Shown: positions 1-15,321 of the stretch, in pieces
Position numbering within the stretch: position 1 is the stretch's first letter
Layout of the letters: every line of letters begins with the position of its first letter
Position numbers and translations under genes: made by a program
The notes under the pieces: generated by a model
Databases searched by the model: none
What the model was told of the DNA's origin: nothing
Seen by the model: only the letters and a program-made list of their open reading frames with translations
Assembly: GCF_009914755.1 (NCBI RefSeq)
Contig: NC_060937.1
Direction: 5' to 3' (one strand)
Length of the DNA: 64,000 bases
Origin: the human T2T-CHM13v2.0 reference genome, Homo sapiens

Positions 1-229
1 TTCCCTGTGTCCTTTCTTGGTTGTTATAATAATTCAAGCACTGGTATAAGGACATGAGCTAAGAGTGTGAGCATGGTGAAATTACTCTCTATGTAATGCA
101 CAATTCAGTCTATTTGATCATGAAAAACAATATGGAATAGAAACCCCATGCTGTCAGTCTCCACCACTCCTCATGTCACTTTTCTGTTTGCTGTCTGAAC
201 TATGGTGATGAATGGTAGCTAGAGACTTG

Positions 230-1420
230 AGGTATTATTAATTTTCTCTACAGTTTTCTATTTTCTTTGTCATTTATTTCTGCTCTAATCTTTATTATTT
301 AACTTATTCTACTTATTCTGTTTAGTTTGGTCTTATTTTTTCATTGTCCTAGGCAGAAGTTATTGCTATTGATTTGAGGTATTTTTGATTGATATGTGTT
401 TATAGCTATCAACTTTTCTCTGAACAACGTATTAGCTTCCACTTATAAGTTTGAGTATATTGTCTTTTTGTTTTAGTTAACATCAAAGTATTTTCCATTT
501 CCTCTTCTGATTTTCTTTATCCAGTAGTTATTCAGTAGTAGGTTGTGTTTAATTGTCACATATTTTTGAGTTTCCCAAATTTATTTTTGTTATTAATTCA
601 AATTTTATTTCATTGTGGTTAAAGAGCATGCTTTACATAATTTTCATTATTTTAAATTTATTGAGGTGTGTTTTATGGCCTAGTGTATGGTCTGCTTATG
701 AGAATATTCCATATGCACATCAGAAAAAAAGCCATTAATCTGTTTTGGGATACTGTTCTACAAATATTTTTAGATGTAGTTGATTCATAGTATTATTCAA
801 ATGTCTTATCTTCTTGTTGATCTCTGTTTAGTTGATCTATCTATTACTGAAAATTGAGTATAGACATCACCAGCAGTTATTGTTGAATTGGATATTTCCA
901 CCACCAATTAATTCTGTCAGGTTTTGCTTCATGTATTTGCGGGGATTGTGTTGTTAAGAACATATATGTTTATCATTGTTACGTCTTTTTAATGGATTGA
1001 TTCTTTAATTATTCTAAAATATCTTTGTTTATATTTCCATTCACCTTTTTTAAAGTTTATTTTGTTTGGCATTAGTGTAGTTACTCTAACATTTTTATTG
1101 TTACAGTTTGCCTCATACATCCTTTTTTCCATCTTAATTATTTAACCATTTGTATCTGTGAATATAGAATGTGTTTCTTGTATACATCATGTTGAATCTT
1201 TTTAAAAATTTATTTTACAATCTCTGCCTTTTAACTGTATTTTTAAATTCATTCCCATTTAATATTTCAATGGATATCATTTAAAACATATGCCATTTTA
1301 TGTTTTGTTTTCTATCTCATCTATTCATTTTTATTCCTCAATTGCTCCTTTACTGCATCCTCTTGAACTCAGTGAATTTTCTTGTGTATCATTTAATTTA
1401 TTTAATTGCTATTTTTGCTA
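230..1420 (-). mobile_element. Old L1 (L1M) ORF2 endonuclease-region fragment
   Basis: T-rich antisense L1 text (ttttctgctctaatctttattatt..., ttcattgtggttaaagagcatgctt, ttttatggcctagtgtatggtct); highly diverged. Confidence 0.75.
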
Positions 1421-1674
1421 TTGTGGGGGTTATATTATTTTTAAAACATTTTATTAATATATGATTGACATACAAAAAGCTTTTTGTATTTAATGTATCA
1501 TTAAATATATTTTAAAGGCTCATAAGTTTATGAGTTTGTAGATAAGTACATATCTGTGAAACCACTATTAAAATCTATTCTAAAAACATATCCATCACCT
1601 TCAAAAGTTCCCTTTCATCCTTCTTATTTTTATTTTGAGGAGGAATTATACTCTTTTTTAAAAATTTTAATTTA

Positions 1675-2970
<1,296 letters not shown>

Positions 2971-3450
2971 TCTTAATATTTGTTTTAAAGTTTACTATAT
3001 ACATAATTTTCTTATTAGACTCTATTTGAGATTTATACTAACTTATAGCTATAAATGGTTAATGTAACTATTACTCCTGTATAGATATATTCTCCTTTCC
3101 CCCTTTTATCTATTATTTTTATACACATTACATCTATATGTTTTACAAACTCAACAATATTATTTGTAATTGTAAATCTGTACTTTATGCCTTTTAAAGA
3201 TCTCATAAGGATAAAGTAGAATAAGTATATATTTATAAAGTTTGTTACATAAACCTTATTTACTATCTGGCTAATTTATTGTTTTGGTTCCTATGGATCT
3301 GAGTTGTTATCTAATGTCATTTTATTACTCCAATACGGTTTTGTTCCCCACTTCTTGTGTTATATTTTAAAAATATATTACGTTTTCATATGTTACAGAC
3401 CTAACAGTGCAACAATATACATATTATTTTATACAACTTTGTTTTCTGCC
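2971..3450 (-). mobile_element. Old L1M fragment (probable continuation of 230-1420)
   Basis: Diverged antisense L1M-like sequence (acattacatctatatgttttacaaac). Confidence 0.45.
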
Positions 3451-3554
3451 AGTTTTTTCCTTACCTGTTTTTCACCTTTTCTTACCATCATCTACTCAAT
3501 TATTCAGGACTTTTGATTGGAAGTTGGCTTTTTCTGTTCCTCACCTGTAGACTA

Positions 3555-3700
3555 TTAGCAAGTCCTGTAAGTTCTACTTTTCAACTACATATCAAGCCAG
3601 GCAACTTCTCTTCAACGCCATTCCCATCACCCTGGTCATGTCTCCATCATCTGTGACATTTGCCTCAGCCTCCATCCAGCCTAAATGATATTTTAGAAAG
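3555..3700 (+). mobile_element. L2 fragment
   Basis: aagtcctgt..ttctacttt..aa..atatc..caacttctc..ccatcaccctggtc..ccatcatct resembles the L2 3' region. Confidence 0.6.
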
Positions 3701-3714
3701 TTATGATAACAAAT

Positions 3715-4995
3715 AGATTACATAAAATTTACCATATTAACAATTTCCCTCTGGATAGTTCTGTAATGATAAGTACATTTATATTATTGTTAACAAGAAT
3801 CTAGAAAATTTCATCTCACAGTGCTGAAACCCTATACAAATAAACAATCCCGATTTCCCAATCTTCATAGCTCCTAACAACCATCACTATACTCTGTCTC
3901 CAGGAGTCTATTTTAGTTACCTCACAGAAGTGAGATTATGTAGAATTTGTTTTTTTTGATTGGCGTGTTTCACTTAGCAAATGTGTTCAAGGTTCATTTA
4001 TGTTGTTGCATGTGTCAGAATTATTTTTCCTTTTAAACACTGAATAACCAATGCAAGTGATATACCGAATTTTCTTTATTTATTATTCTGTTAATGTCTG
4101 TTAATGGACACTTAAGTTGCTTCTACGTTGACCAATGTGAATATTCCTGTTAGAAAACTGGATGTAAAAATATATTTTCAAGATCATGCTTTCAATTTTT
4201 TAGATATATACCTAGAAGTATAAATGCAAGGTCATATTGTAACTTTATTTTTAATTTGTTTTAGGAATCTCTGTTCTATTTTTCATAATGGCTGCACCAT
4301 TTTACATTTCAATCAGCAGTACACAAGGATCCGATTCCTCCAGTGCTCTTGCAAACATTTGCTATTTTCTGTTTTGTTTTGTTTTGTTTTTATAGTGGCC
4401 ATTTCAATGAGCATGAAGTGATACCCAATTTTAATTTTGATTTGCATTTCTCTAATGATTAGTAATATTGATCAGCAGGTCATATGCTTGTTAGTAATTT
4501 GCATAACCTCTTTGGTAAACTATTTATTCAAGACATTTAGCCTTTTAAATTTTTTTTCACATTTTCTCATTGTTGTTGAGCTATAGGAATCATGTATATA
4601 TTCTGAATATTAATTCCTTATCATATATGATACAAAATATTTTTCTCATTATATAGGTTGTGATTTTAATTTTAGGTATATCTTTTGATGCACAGAAGTT
4701 TCAAGTTTAATGTGGTACCATTTGTTTATTTTTGCCTATATTGTCTATGATTTTGGTGTCAAATAAACAAATAATAGTTGGTAGAGTGAATTTTCCTTCA
4801 GCTTTCCCCTGTAATCTCTTCTAGTAGTTTTATAGTTTCAGTTTTTACATGTAGGGTTTTAATTGATTTTGACATGAATTAATTTTTTTATATTATGTAA
4901 TTCAATGTTCCAACTTCTTTATTTTACATGTGAATATTCAGTTTCTCAACAACATTTGTGAGAGAGACTGTCTGTTTCCCATTTTGCGGACTTGG
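3715..4995 (-). mobile_element. L1MA/L1MB 3' end and ORF2 C-terminus
   Basis: acataaaatttaccatattaac.., tttcacttagcaaatgtgttcaaggttcatt, tttgatttgcatttctctaatgattagt. Confidence 0.85.
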
Positions 4996-5098
4996 GTCAT
5001 TACCATATATGGAGGGGGTCATTTCTTAGGCTCTATACAATTGCTTTTGAATCAGCCAAGAGGAGAAGACATAAGTGTTTTCATGCTGTCATTAGTAA

Positions 5099-5412
<314 letters not shown>

Positions 5413-5440
5413 ACCTTCACCAGCATTCTTGGGTGGGTGT

Positions 5441-5443
<3 letters not shown>

Positions 5444-5492
<49 letters not shown>
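5444..5492. repeat. (TG)n microsatellite
   Basis: About 24 uninterrupted TG units. Confidence 0.98.
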
Positions 5493-5494
<2 letters not shown>

Positions 5495-5802
5495 TTGAAT
5501 ACTGTTTAGGGTCACTTGGTTTTATCCTTATAAATTAAAAAAATTTATTTTGTAAGGAGAGTCTGGTAGCAACACATTCTCTAAATTATTTTCCCTGTGA
5601 ATTTTCTAATTTTGATTAATTTAAAAATAGATTTGGTGGATATAAAATTCTTAGTTAACAGCCACTGTCTACTGGCTCCAGCAGGTGTCAACAGTCAGCT
5701 GTTAATTTTATCATTGATTCCTTTTACTTGCATTCTTTTATACTTGTTGCTTTTGAGTTTAACAGTTTATGATGTATCTGATAGTGATTCACTTTGCACA
5801 TA

Positions 5803-5985
5803 CAGTCAGTCCCCAATATACAATGGTTCAACTTTTGATTTTTTACATTTGTGTTGGGTTTTCTGGAACTAATCTCATCATATATTGAGAAACATATGGA
5901 CTTACAATGATTTGACTTAAAACATTTTTGAATTATGATGGGTTTATCATGACATAACCTCATTGTAAGTCAAGAACCATCAATA
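5803..5985. mobile_element. MER47/Tigger5-like DNA transposon MITE
   Basis: ta|cagtcagtccccaatatacaatggttcaactt ... gatgggtttatcatgacataacctcattgtaagtcaag. Confidence 0.6.
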
Positions 5986-6529
5986 TTCTACTTTAATGCA
6001 ATTTAGTTTCTTGAATGTGAATATTAATGTTTGTATTTCCAGGAGTTCCATTAATTATTTTGTTTTACAAATAACTGAAATTCCGGAAATGCAATACATA
6101 TAAACTTTATAGTTTACCATGTGAATTTATAGTACTGTTAAATAAATACTATAAATGCTGTTAATACAAAAGCCAGAAGTTAAGAAAGTGTAAACAAGTA
6201 GAAAAGAAAGATACTAAGAAAATACAAAAAGGCAGAGTGATTGAGAAGAAAGAAAAACAGCTGATTAAATATGAGAAAATCCAATCAACGCTGTGTAGAC
6301 ACATTCACTTATGCATACTCATGAATGAACAAGGGTCAGAACATGACCCTAGTGTGGACTTGATGGTAATACCAAAAAATTTGGGTCATATTAGTAGATA
6401 TAGTTAAGATGTATTAAAAGATTTACAATGTGTGTGGTGTCAGCTGTATGAAATGGATTTTCACATTTAATTCTTACCTTAATGTATTGAGGTAGGCATT
6501 CTGCTAATCTCATGTTAAAGATAAAGAAA

Positions 6530-7190
6530 CTCTGTGGTTACCATGAGTTTTAGTTAAATAACTTATAGTTTATAATAGACTATTTTTACCTTATAGCAAT
6601 TTAAATCAAACTATATAAAATTACTGTATATTTTTACTCCACCCCTCTATATTTTACACTTTTGATGTACAATTTACACCATTGTATATGATATAGACCT
6701 TAACAAATTATTCTAGTTGTTATTATTTTCAATAGTTTTGTCTTTTGACCTTCATACTAAAGATATAAGTGATGTGGACACCACCATTACAGTATTAGAA
6801 TATTCTGAATTTGACGATGTACTTAATTTTACCAGTGAGTTTTTTACTTTCCTATATTTTTATGTTACTCATTCACATCATTATCTTTCAGTTTGAAGAA
6901 CTCCCTTTAACATTTCTTTTGAAATAGGTCTACTGCTGATGAGCTCCATCAGGTTTTGTTAATCTGGGAAAGTTTTTATTTCTTTTTCATTTCTGGAAAA
7001 CAGATTTGCTGGAAACAGCATTCTTGATCGATAATTTTCCCCCTTCAGAATTCTGAATATATTATCCTTCTCTCTCATGGCCTGAAAGGATTCTGCCGAG
7101 AAATTCACTACTAGCCTTATTAGAACTCCCTTATACGTGTTTTGCTTCTTTTCTTCTGCTTTTTTCAGTATCTTATCTTTCATGAAAGCT
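6530..7190 (-). mobile_element. L1M ORF1 C-terminus and inter-ORF region
   Basis: ORF 6959-7213 (KDKILKKAEEKKQNTYKGVLIRLVVNFSAE...EIKTFPD) matches the L1 ORF1p C-terminal domain. Confidence 0.88.
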
Positions 7191-7194
7191 CGAA

Positions 7195-7355
7195 ATGTTT
7201 TTATTACACTCATAAAAAACGATAAGTTCGTAAGGTAATGTGTAGCTTAAATAGCTTGCTTTAGCCATTCCACAATGTATACATACAAGAGAAAATCATG
7301 CTACACACCACAAATATACACAATGTTTACTGTTCACTTAATAGTTTTATCAAAA
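7195..7355 (+). mobile_element. L1MA 3' terminal fragment
   Basis: tagcttgctttagccattccacaatgtatacatac..aatcatgctacacaccacaaatatac. Confidence 0.75.
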
Positions 7356-8419
7356 AGATAAAGAGACTGAGGAATTACATTCAAGTCAATATCTTTCACT
7401 ACAAGAAGACCTGACTTGAAGAAAAGTGTCTATCTCCAAAGTCTGTGTTTAACCTACCATATAAACCTTGAACATAAAAGTTACAAGTATTTACTACAAT
7501 GTTGAAATGGCTCTTTTGATGACGGCTTTTAATAAATTAAAACGGAATTGTCTATTACAAGTTAGTCTTAAAAGTAGCAATGGTAACACCTTATGAGAAG
7601 GAAAGACTAGATAGGAATTACTTGGAAATTTCTATGATGTCAACCTCAAACCATATTCCTAAGAGGAATTGGTAGATTTCTCTGAGTTGTATTGCAATAT
7701 AGGAAATTATCAAGTATACATAAACTCTTATTAGAAAACTTGTGCGGAATTAAAACTCTACTGGGACACTAAAGTCTTTCAGAATTCTGCAAATAATTGT
7801 GTTAACCTGAAGCCTGGAGACCATAGCTAAGGTTGGGCAAAGTACAACAACTGTGACTTTAATCTGCACTTCTTTAGTTTGTTAATGTATTGAGAAAAAA
7901 TGTTTTAATCAACTGTGAGACTCAACAAGTACTGATACAAAACAAAAATACTTTTAAGCATAAGGTCATTTTATTACAATCTTCCAGTTCTCCTCATTGG
8001 TAGAAAATAATATTCTCACAAGTGAAGCATATATAAGAAATGGACAAAAGAAAAGTGTACCAAAATGGAATTTATGTAGAAATTCTATTTATGCAGTGAA
8101 AATAGTCCCAAGGAGCTATGACATTTAAGAAATTTATTCAAGCATTTCATCATCTCAAATGTGATGAGTGGCAAACAAAAAAAATACAAAGCAAACTTAT
8201 TCAAGAAATAATGTTAGTCCATTTTTTTAGAAAGAATGTGTTGAAGTGAGACATAAACAATTTTTAAAAATTGCTGGCACAGCTAAGAGTCAATTGAAGA
8301 TTATACTTAGTATTCCATTGACATTTTCTTAAATGTTTATATAGTTAGTGATATCGGAAGGTGTCTATTTTGTGATAATTTTTCAGAAAGCACCATGTGA
8401 GATGGAACTTAGACATGAG

Positions 8420-9060
8420 TGTTAAGTGCGGGTAAAATTGTAGAGCAGCTAGAACTTTCTAATATTCTTGGTGAGGTGGTATAACTTCTTCGGAAAACAC
8501 TGTGGCAGCTACTTAGCAAGTTAAGATGACTTTTGTCTTGAGACCCAGTGACTTTGTTCTTTGCTGTTTACCCTAAGGAAATGAAGATGTGTTTGTGAAC
8601 TAAACTGTAAATATTTATAATAGAATTATTCCCGGTAATTAGAACCTGAAAATAATGCAAATGTATAACCTTCAAACAGCAAATACTTAAGCTTTGAGGT
8701 AACTATACATTGGAATATTGGTTAGGAATTCAAATGATCAAATTACTGATTTAAAAAAACCCACAACATCAATAAATATGAAATGCTTTATGCTAAGCAA
8801 CAAAAAGCAGATCCAAAAGGTTACATGTTCTATTATTGCATTTTCAAGATAACTCGGAAAAAGTAAAACTGTATGTATGGAGAATAGGTCAATAATTTCC
8901 AGGAATTAGGGGTTGGGAGAGCATGTAACTACAAAAGAGAAAAACAAAAATTCAGTTCAGGGTGAGTGAACTGTTTTGTATCTTGATTGTGGTTGTGTTA
9001 CATGACCTATGCAGTTGTTAAAACTCATAAAACTGTACCCCCCAAAAGTCAATTTACAAA
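8420..9060 (+). mobile_element. L1MD/L1ME 3' end
   Basis: gagcagctagaact.., ggaaaacactgtggcag, gtatcttgattgtggt..aaaactcataaaactgtac. Confidence 0.75.
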
Positions 9061-9066
9061 GATGGG

Positions 9067-9260
9067 TAGATATATAGATATAGATATAGATATAGATATA
9101 GATATAGATATAGATAGATATAGATGATATCGATATAGATAGTATAGATAAACCTCTATCTACCTACATCTATATCTATATCTATCTATAGATAAACCTC
9201 TATATATGTATCTATCTATCATCTATCTATCTATATCTCTATCTCTCTATCTATCTATCT
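9067..9260. repeat. Compound (TAGATA)n/(TATC)n simple repeat with strand switch
   Basis: Direct reading. Confidence 0.95.
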
Positions 9261-9289
9261 GAATGAATGAATAAATTTAATGCATGTGT

Positions 9290-10870
9290 CTCTGGGCACT
9301 CTAAAGCTGAGAAACAAGAGAAGAAACCATCAAGGCAATCTGAGAAAAAGCAACCAGTGGGAGAGGAGCAAAATCAAGAGTGTAATGTCTTGGAAGTCAA
9401 GTGAAGAAAGAAGTAGGAAATGAATAACTATGTCATACATTCCTGGTATATTATGTAAGATGAGGATTGAGAACCATTAGATTTAGCCATATGGATGTCA
9501 TTAACATGACAAGAGCATTTTGGTGGATTTTTGGGGCAAAGGCCTGACTGCAGAGATTTTAAAATAGAATTAGAGTAGAGGCATTGTAAACAAGCATAGA
9601 TTTTTGTTTATGCTTTATGCTTGGGGATAATACCAGCATCTTTGAATACTGATTGCAATGATGTGTTGTAGAGGAGAACATAGTAATGTATGAGAAGTGA
9701 GAAGAAATTTTGTAATTAGCTTTTATGCAGAGCAGAGAGAATGTTGTAAGTGGATAAATGGCCTATAAATAGAAGCAGATTTTTCTCAATTTTATTCATT
9801 GTAAAATGTCTCTACTTGTTTCTTACTTTAATATGTCATGTTTAAATTTATTGTACAATTGATGGTGTGTTATAGTATAATTGACAATATTTTATTTTAT
9901 TTCCTTAAGTGACATACAATAAGACTATCTTATAAATTCTGTGTGTTGGATTTTCTAAAATATGACATTTTATCTATAAAGTAGAAGAGCATAGATGCTG
10001 CTAGGTTATTAGATGTAGTGGTGGGACTCTATAGACATTCATTTTTAATTGCTTTAATTTTCTAAGTAAAGATTAATGTAAGGCCATCAGGTGAAAACAT
10101 GGACGGAAGATAATACCTTGGAAATGTAAAGAGAAAGTAGAATGCTTGGGAGTTTTCTAAGGGATAGGAAAAATTAAATGGACTAGGAAAATACATTATG
10201 TTTTCTTAACAAAAGCAGATGTATCATTTTAAATTTATCATTATAAATGTAAAGCGAGACTTCCCAGTAAAGTTGTGTGTTATTCTCTAGCCACATTCAA
10301 GTTCAATGGAATAGTTACAGAAGGGATGAAGAGTTGATTTAAATAGCATTAGTATTTTTCCAAACAAGTAGGAAAACCTAATAGAAATCAAGTTGTTTTA
10401 GACTGTATGTAAGGGAATGTTTTAAGGATTGGCCATAGACCATAACTCAAGTAAGTAGGAAAAAGTAAGTAGGAAAAAGAAAAACTACAGACAGAAAGCT
10501 ACCATGAAAATCTAGCAGTATCAAAGGTCGTCCAAAACAAAAGAAGGTAGCAGTCAGAGAGCAGGGCACAGAAGTTAATGCTATCAGGAGGTTTCATTTA
10601 TTGGTAAAGCTAAAGTTTGAATGGAAATGAAACTGAGGTATGGCTGACGACAATATTATTGAAGTAAAACATCGCAAAGTACTGAGAGGCCCATGAGTTG
10701 TCCATCAACATTTATTTAAATTACCGAGAATTAGAAATAATTCTATGGAAAAAGTGACAGTAAAGCACTTGTTAAAATCAGTAAAAAAAGAAAAAAAAAA
10801 GTATAACCTGGGATAAGTGGCTGACTGAAACAGTTCATATATAAATTGATAATGTGAGGATTAAAGTTGA
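9290..10870 (-). mobile_element. Long decayed L2
   Basis: aatcaagagtgtaatgtcttggaagtcaagtgaaga, aagatgaggattgagaa..attagatttagc, acaagagcattttggtgga..ggggcaaaggcctgactgcag; the distal part is much less certain. Confidence 0.65.
9787..9964. mobile_element. MER104-like (Tc2) MITE
   Basis: tacaattgatggtgtgtta..taattgacaatatttt..ttccttaagtgacatacaataa..tcttataa resembles the recalled MER104 consensus. Confidence 0.5.
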
Positions 10871-10871
10871 A

Positions 10872-11302
10872 TGTGATGGCTTAAGCATCAACTTCATTGG
10901 GCTAAGGAATGCCCACATAGAAGGTAAAACATTTTGGGTGTGTCTGTGAGGGTGTTTCTGAAGAGATTAACATTTGCATCAGTAGACTGAACAAAGAAGT
11001 TCCATCCTTACCATCTCACAATAGACTGGCATCATCCAATCTATTGAAGGCTCAAATAGATCAAAAAGGTGGAGAAAGAACAAATAACCTCTCTCTTATC
11101 TAGGACATTCATCTTTTCCTACGCTCAGATTTTGGAACTCCTGGTTCTCAGGCCCTCAGTCTTGGACTGAATTACAACCCTGGTGTTTCTAGTTCTCCAG
11201 CTTATAGATGGCAGGTTGTGGGATTTCTGGGCCTTCATAACACATGAGCCAATTCCTTTATCCCTCATTGGTCCTACTTCTCTAGATAATCCTGACTAAT
11301 AC
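10872..11302 (+). mobile_element. MLT2 (ERVL) solo LTR
   Basis: tgtgatgg..tcaactt..gggtgtgtctgtgagggtgtttc..ggcatcatccaatc..ctgactaatac. Confidence 0.88.
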
Positions 11303-11368
11303 TCTGAGGATCTGGCTGTGTGAGGATAAAACTATAAAAGTGGCAATGTGAATCACAGAGGTTACCTA

Positions 11369-11841
11369 TGGGCAAAGAAAAACTGCACTCGACAAGATGA
11401 GTAAACAGAAATTGATTTTATTATGATACTATTAGCAGCAATAGGAGGGAGAGCAGAAAAGGGATAAGAGATCCAAGAGCTGAGGTGGAGAGATTCTGGC
11501 CATCTGTGCTAATTAATTGGTTTTACTAAAAGGAAAAGTAAAATTTGTTTTATGAGAGGAGGTGATTTTACCACTTGGATCAAGGCACCCACCAAAGTTT
11601 GGCTCCTACTTTACCATGGAGACAGGGAACCCGTCTTCCTTCAAGTTTACCCTTCAAAATAATGGCCCCTAGTACTTTGAGAAAGACAATTCTGGATAGT
11701 AAATCTGGCAAGAGGTTTTTACATCACAAAGGCCAGAAACAGTTTGCAATTACAAGTTTTCTAAAGTAAATGATTTAAGAAAAGAGAAAACTTATCCAAA
11801 ATTTTGTCAAGATGAGGGGAATGTTAAACACCTCTTGATCA
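11369..11841 (-). mobile_element. MER31-like ERV1 solo LTR
   Basis: caaagaaaaactgcact.., tttgcaattacaagttttctaaagtaaatg, gaggggaatgttaa..ctcttgatca. Confidence 0.75.
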
Positions 11842-11983
11842 CTGCTCCATTTTCATGCCTAAATACATCCATGTGTTACCATAGGGCAAAAGCAACAGAG
11901 GCTGAATAGGAAACAGAGTCCCTGTGGAATCTAGATTTTTTTAAAAAACGAAAACAATCAATGAAATATAAGAGGTTGAGGAT

Positions 11984-12407
11984 TGGTATGGTTTGGATGT
12001 GGTTTGTTTCCACCAAACTCATGCTGAAATTTAATTGCCAGTATGATCGTGTTGGGAGGTGGGGCCTAGTGGGAAGTGTTGGGTTATGAAGGCAGATGCC
12101 TTAGAAACAGATTAATAGATTAATGCCATCTTGTGGGAGTGGGTGGGTTGTCACTCCTACTCTGATAGACTGGATTAGTTAATACAAGATAGGTTGTTAT
12201 AAAGGGAGCCTGCCTGCTGTATTTGGACTCTGCATGTGCTCACGTCTGCTTCTCTGCCCTGTTATAACCAAGCTGGAGTCCCTCACCTGATCTTGAGCTT
12301 CTCGGTCTTCAGAACCATGTGCTAAATAAACCCCTCTTTTCTTTATAAATTACCCAGTCTCAAGTATTCTGTTATAGCAACAACAATACAAAATACACGT
12401 TAAGATA
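11984..12407 (+). mobile_element. MSTB-type MaLR solo LTR
   Basis: tggtatggtttggatgtggtttg..ataaattacccagtctcaagtattctgttatagcaac; TSD aggat/tggat. Confidence 0.9.
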
Positions 12408-13878
12408 TGGATACTGAAAATTTTGCTGCTGATGAACCATGAAATTCAGAGAGCCCAGCGAAAAGGATCAGGACAGAGGAATGATAACTGGTAGTGAGAA
12501 ATAAGAGGTGGTAAAGGGGGGGGGTGGAGTATAGGAAATAATAGCTGATTCAAGAGTCTGAGGCCTCCTGTGGAACTGAGAGGTAAGAGATACGAGACTG
12601 GGTAATGACTTATATATCTGTAAATAAGGCATCATGAGATCAACCCTGGCAAATACAAGGCAAATAGAGGTGATAAGGATGTAATTGATGGGATATAGGG
12701 GAGAATATGTTTCTGGGGTCCATGCTGATGCCTAGTGATGGGGTTAAGGATACTGGCAAACTATATATTGCCCAAATGTGGAACCCAATCGTCCCCTGTA
12801 GATGTAAGACAGAAAGTTTGCAACACTGTGGTTTAATATTTGTGCCAGGGGCTGTATCATAACCACTGTAAGGGGGAAGACAGGCCTTCTGTAATCGAGT
12901 GAGCTGTCCTTCGACTTCTCTTGAGGATGTGTGAATGACTGAGTAAACTGGGATGAAGCCAGATTATTTTCATTGAGAAGAAAGAAGCCAAGAGATTAAA
13001 GTGCTGTGATTGTTCCTGAATTCAACTAAAACCATTATTTATATTTCATATACTGGATTGCTAAAGTTTAATTAGAACAAAAGATGCTCTTCTAATTACT
13101 TTGCATTTTATAAAACTTCTTTATCAATGAATAAATTGAAAATCAGATAAACCAAGCTTATTCCCAAAATACATGAAGCAAGTTAGAGGTTGAATAGAGA
13201 GAGAAAAGTTTATCCAATAACTAGTAAATATGTTTTCAACCACTATTTATGCTTAATATGCCGAGCATCCTGTGCAGTCTAAAAATACAAGGGAAATGAG
13301 ACTTTCTTGTTTCTCAGCTCATGGAGTTATGGGCATATGAATGAACACGTCAGTGAGGTTTAAATTATAGCCTGATACCCAGTGCTTATTGATCCTAATT
13401 TATTAGAAATAGTTGTCTACAAATTGTGCATAAAACAATCTGTAGATATTTAATAGTATTTTTTAAGAGAAATGTTATTGTAACTAAAGGTTATTACCCT
13501 AGTCAAGAATGAAACATCTTACGTATCGGCAAACTATGTAATAAAGACAAATATTTAATAACCATAGATTATCGTTATTTTAATAAACTAGTAAAATTAA
13601 TTTAGCTCCAAATAAAAGAAAGAAAGAAAAAGTATAGTGTCAGCACAATAAAACAAGTGGGCTGAAAGTGCAATTATTGTATGTGTAGTCTGTATATGGT
13701 CACATAAATTTCATTTACAAAAATGTATTTACCTATAATAAAAATTTGAAAGTGATATGAAGATAAATTTAATGACCTATTAAAAAGTTAACCATGGATA
13801 TACATCAACCACCATGATAAACAATAACAGCCAAACTTTCAAAGGACAAAATATTCAAAATTAAGTAATTGAAAATAA

Positions 13879-13881
<3 letters not shown>

Positions 13882-13913
<32 letters not shown>
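13882..13913. repeat. (AC)16 microsatellite
   Basis: Direct reading. Confidence 0.97.
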
Positions 13914-13915
<2 letters not shown>

Positions 13916-14150
13916 ATTCCGCTGGGTAAAATAGTGTGCAATGATAAAAGTTGTTCTTAAGGCATTACTAAGTCAGATATGGTAGTTTACTAAACATCTA
14001 TGATTTCATCTGGGAAGTATGAAAAAGGCATATAAATAATGTTCGTGTATTTGTGAGGGAATCATTCACAAATTGTGAATCTAAATATAATTAAAATGTA
14101 AATACACATGTCCTTTCAGGGAACTGAGTATGTGCAAGAGCTATGCCAGG

Positions 14151-14556
14151 TGTCTTGGTCTACATTTTGTTGCTATAACACGATACCTGAGACTGGGTAA
14201 TTCATAAAAGAAAGAGGATTATTTAGCTCAAATTCTGCTGGCTGGAAGGTCTAAGACCTGGCAGCCTTACCTGGTTGGCTTCTGGTGAGAGCCTTATGCT
14301 GGGTCATAATGCTGTAGAGAAGCTCATGAGGAAGCAGGCAGGTGCAAGGAGAACAACTAGGAGAGGCAGCCTCACTTTATAATAAACTGCTCTCCTAGTG
14401 ACTAACTCAGTCCCACCAGAGAGAAAACTCATTCCCATGAAAAAGGCATTAATCTACCTTAATGATCTAATCACCTCTTAAAGGAACCACCTGCCAGTTT
14501 TGCCACACTGGGGACCATGAGTTTTGGTGATGCCAAGTTGTATTCAAACTATTGCA
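14151..14556 (-). mobile_element. MST-type MaLR solo LTR
   Basis: tgtcttggtc..gttgctataacacgatacctgagactgggtaat..ttcaaactattgca; TSD ccagg/ctagg. Confidence 0.88.
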
Positions 14557-15321
14557 CTAGGTAAATATAATGCACTGCATTGAGCAATAATTTTACTTTT
14601 ATAAAATGTGAAGACGATGTTAATAATATGCAGCTTTACTTGCTGGAGTAGAATTGTGAATCAAAACAATTTTAATTTTTCTTAAACAATAGCTTATTGA
14701 ACAAAGCTTTTGAAAATTTTGCTGTATAAATGTGATTCACTGATAAGTATTTTTGAAGAATTTTCTTCTTCATTTCACTTTTATGTGCTAATCCTAAAAC
14801 TGCAAATTAAATTCAAAGTGGCAAAGCCTGAAGCCATATTTTCAGGTAAATACATATTTTTATCAATTTCAAACTATTTCATTGTTTCATTTTTTCTCAA
14901 ACATTTTTCCACTGGCCTATATTTTGGCTTATATTTTGATAAAATTTGGACAAGAAGTCTCTTCTTCTGAATCAAGAGTTTTGATATAAACAGTTTATAT
15001 TTATGAAGGTATTAATCATAGAAACAGCAAATGTAGATACTTGCTAATCCTACAATTTTATAAGTGTTTAAAGTGAAAATATTTTATGCCACACTTTTTT
15101 AGCATGGATGATTTAATCCAAAGACTCAGTATGGTATATATTAGTGATAAACAATTAATAAATAAATGTCAGAGAACTATTTTATTATTGCTTTCTTTTC
15201 ATAAGTTATGAATGGTGAAAAATATACTTTAGATTCTTTAATGTGACTCTTTAATATCATGTGAATCAAATTCTAAGTTTAAAAATAATTTTTATTATTA
15301 ATATAACTACTTTTTAATAAA

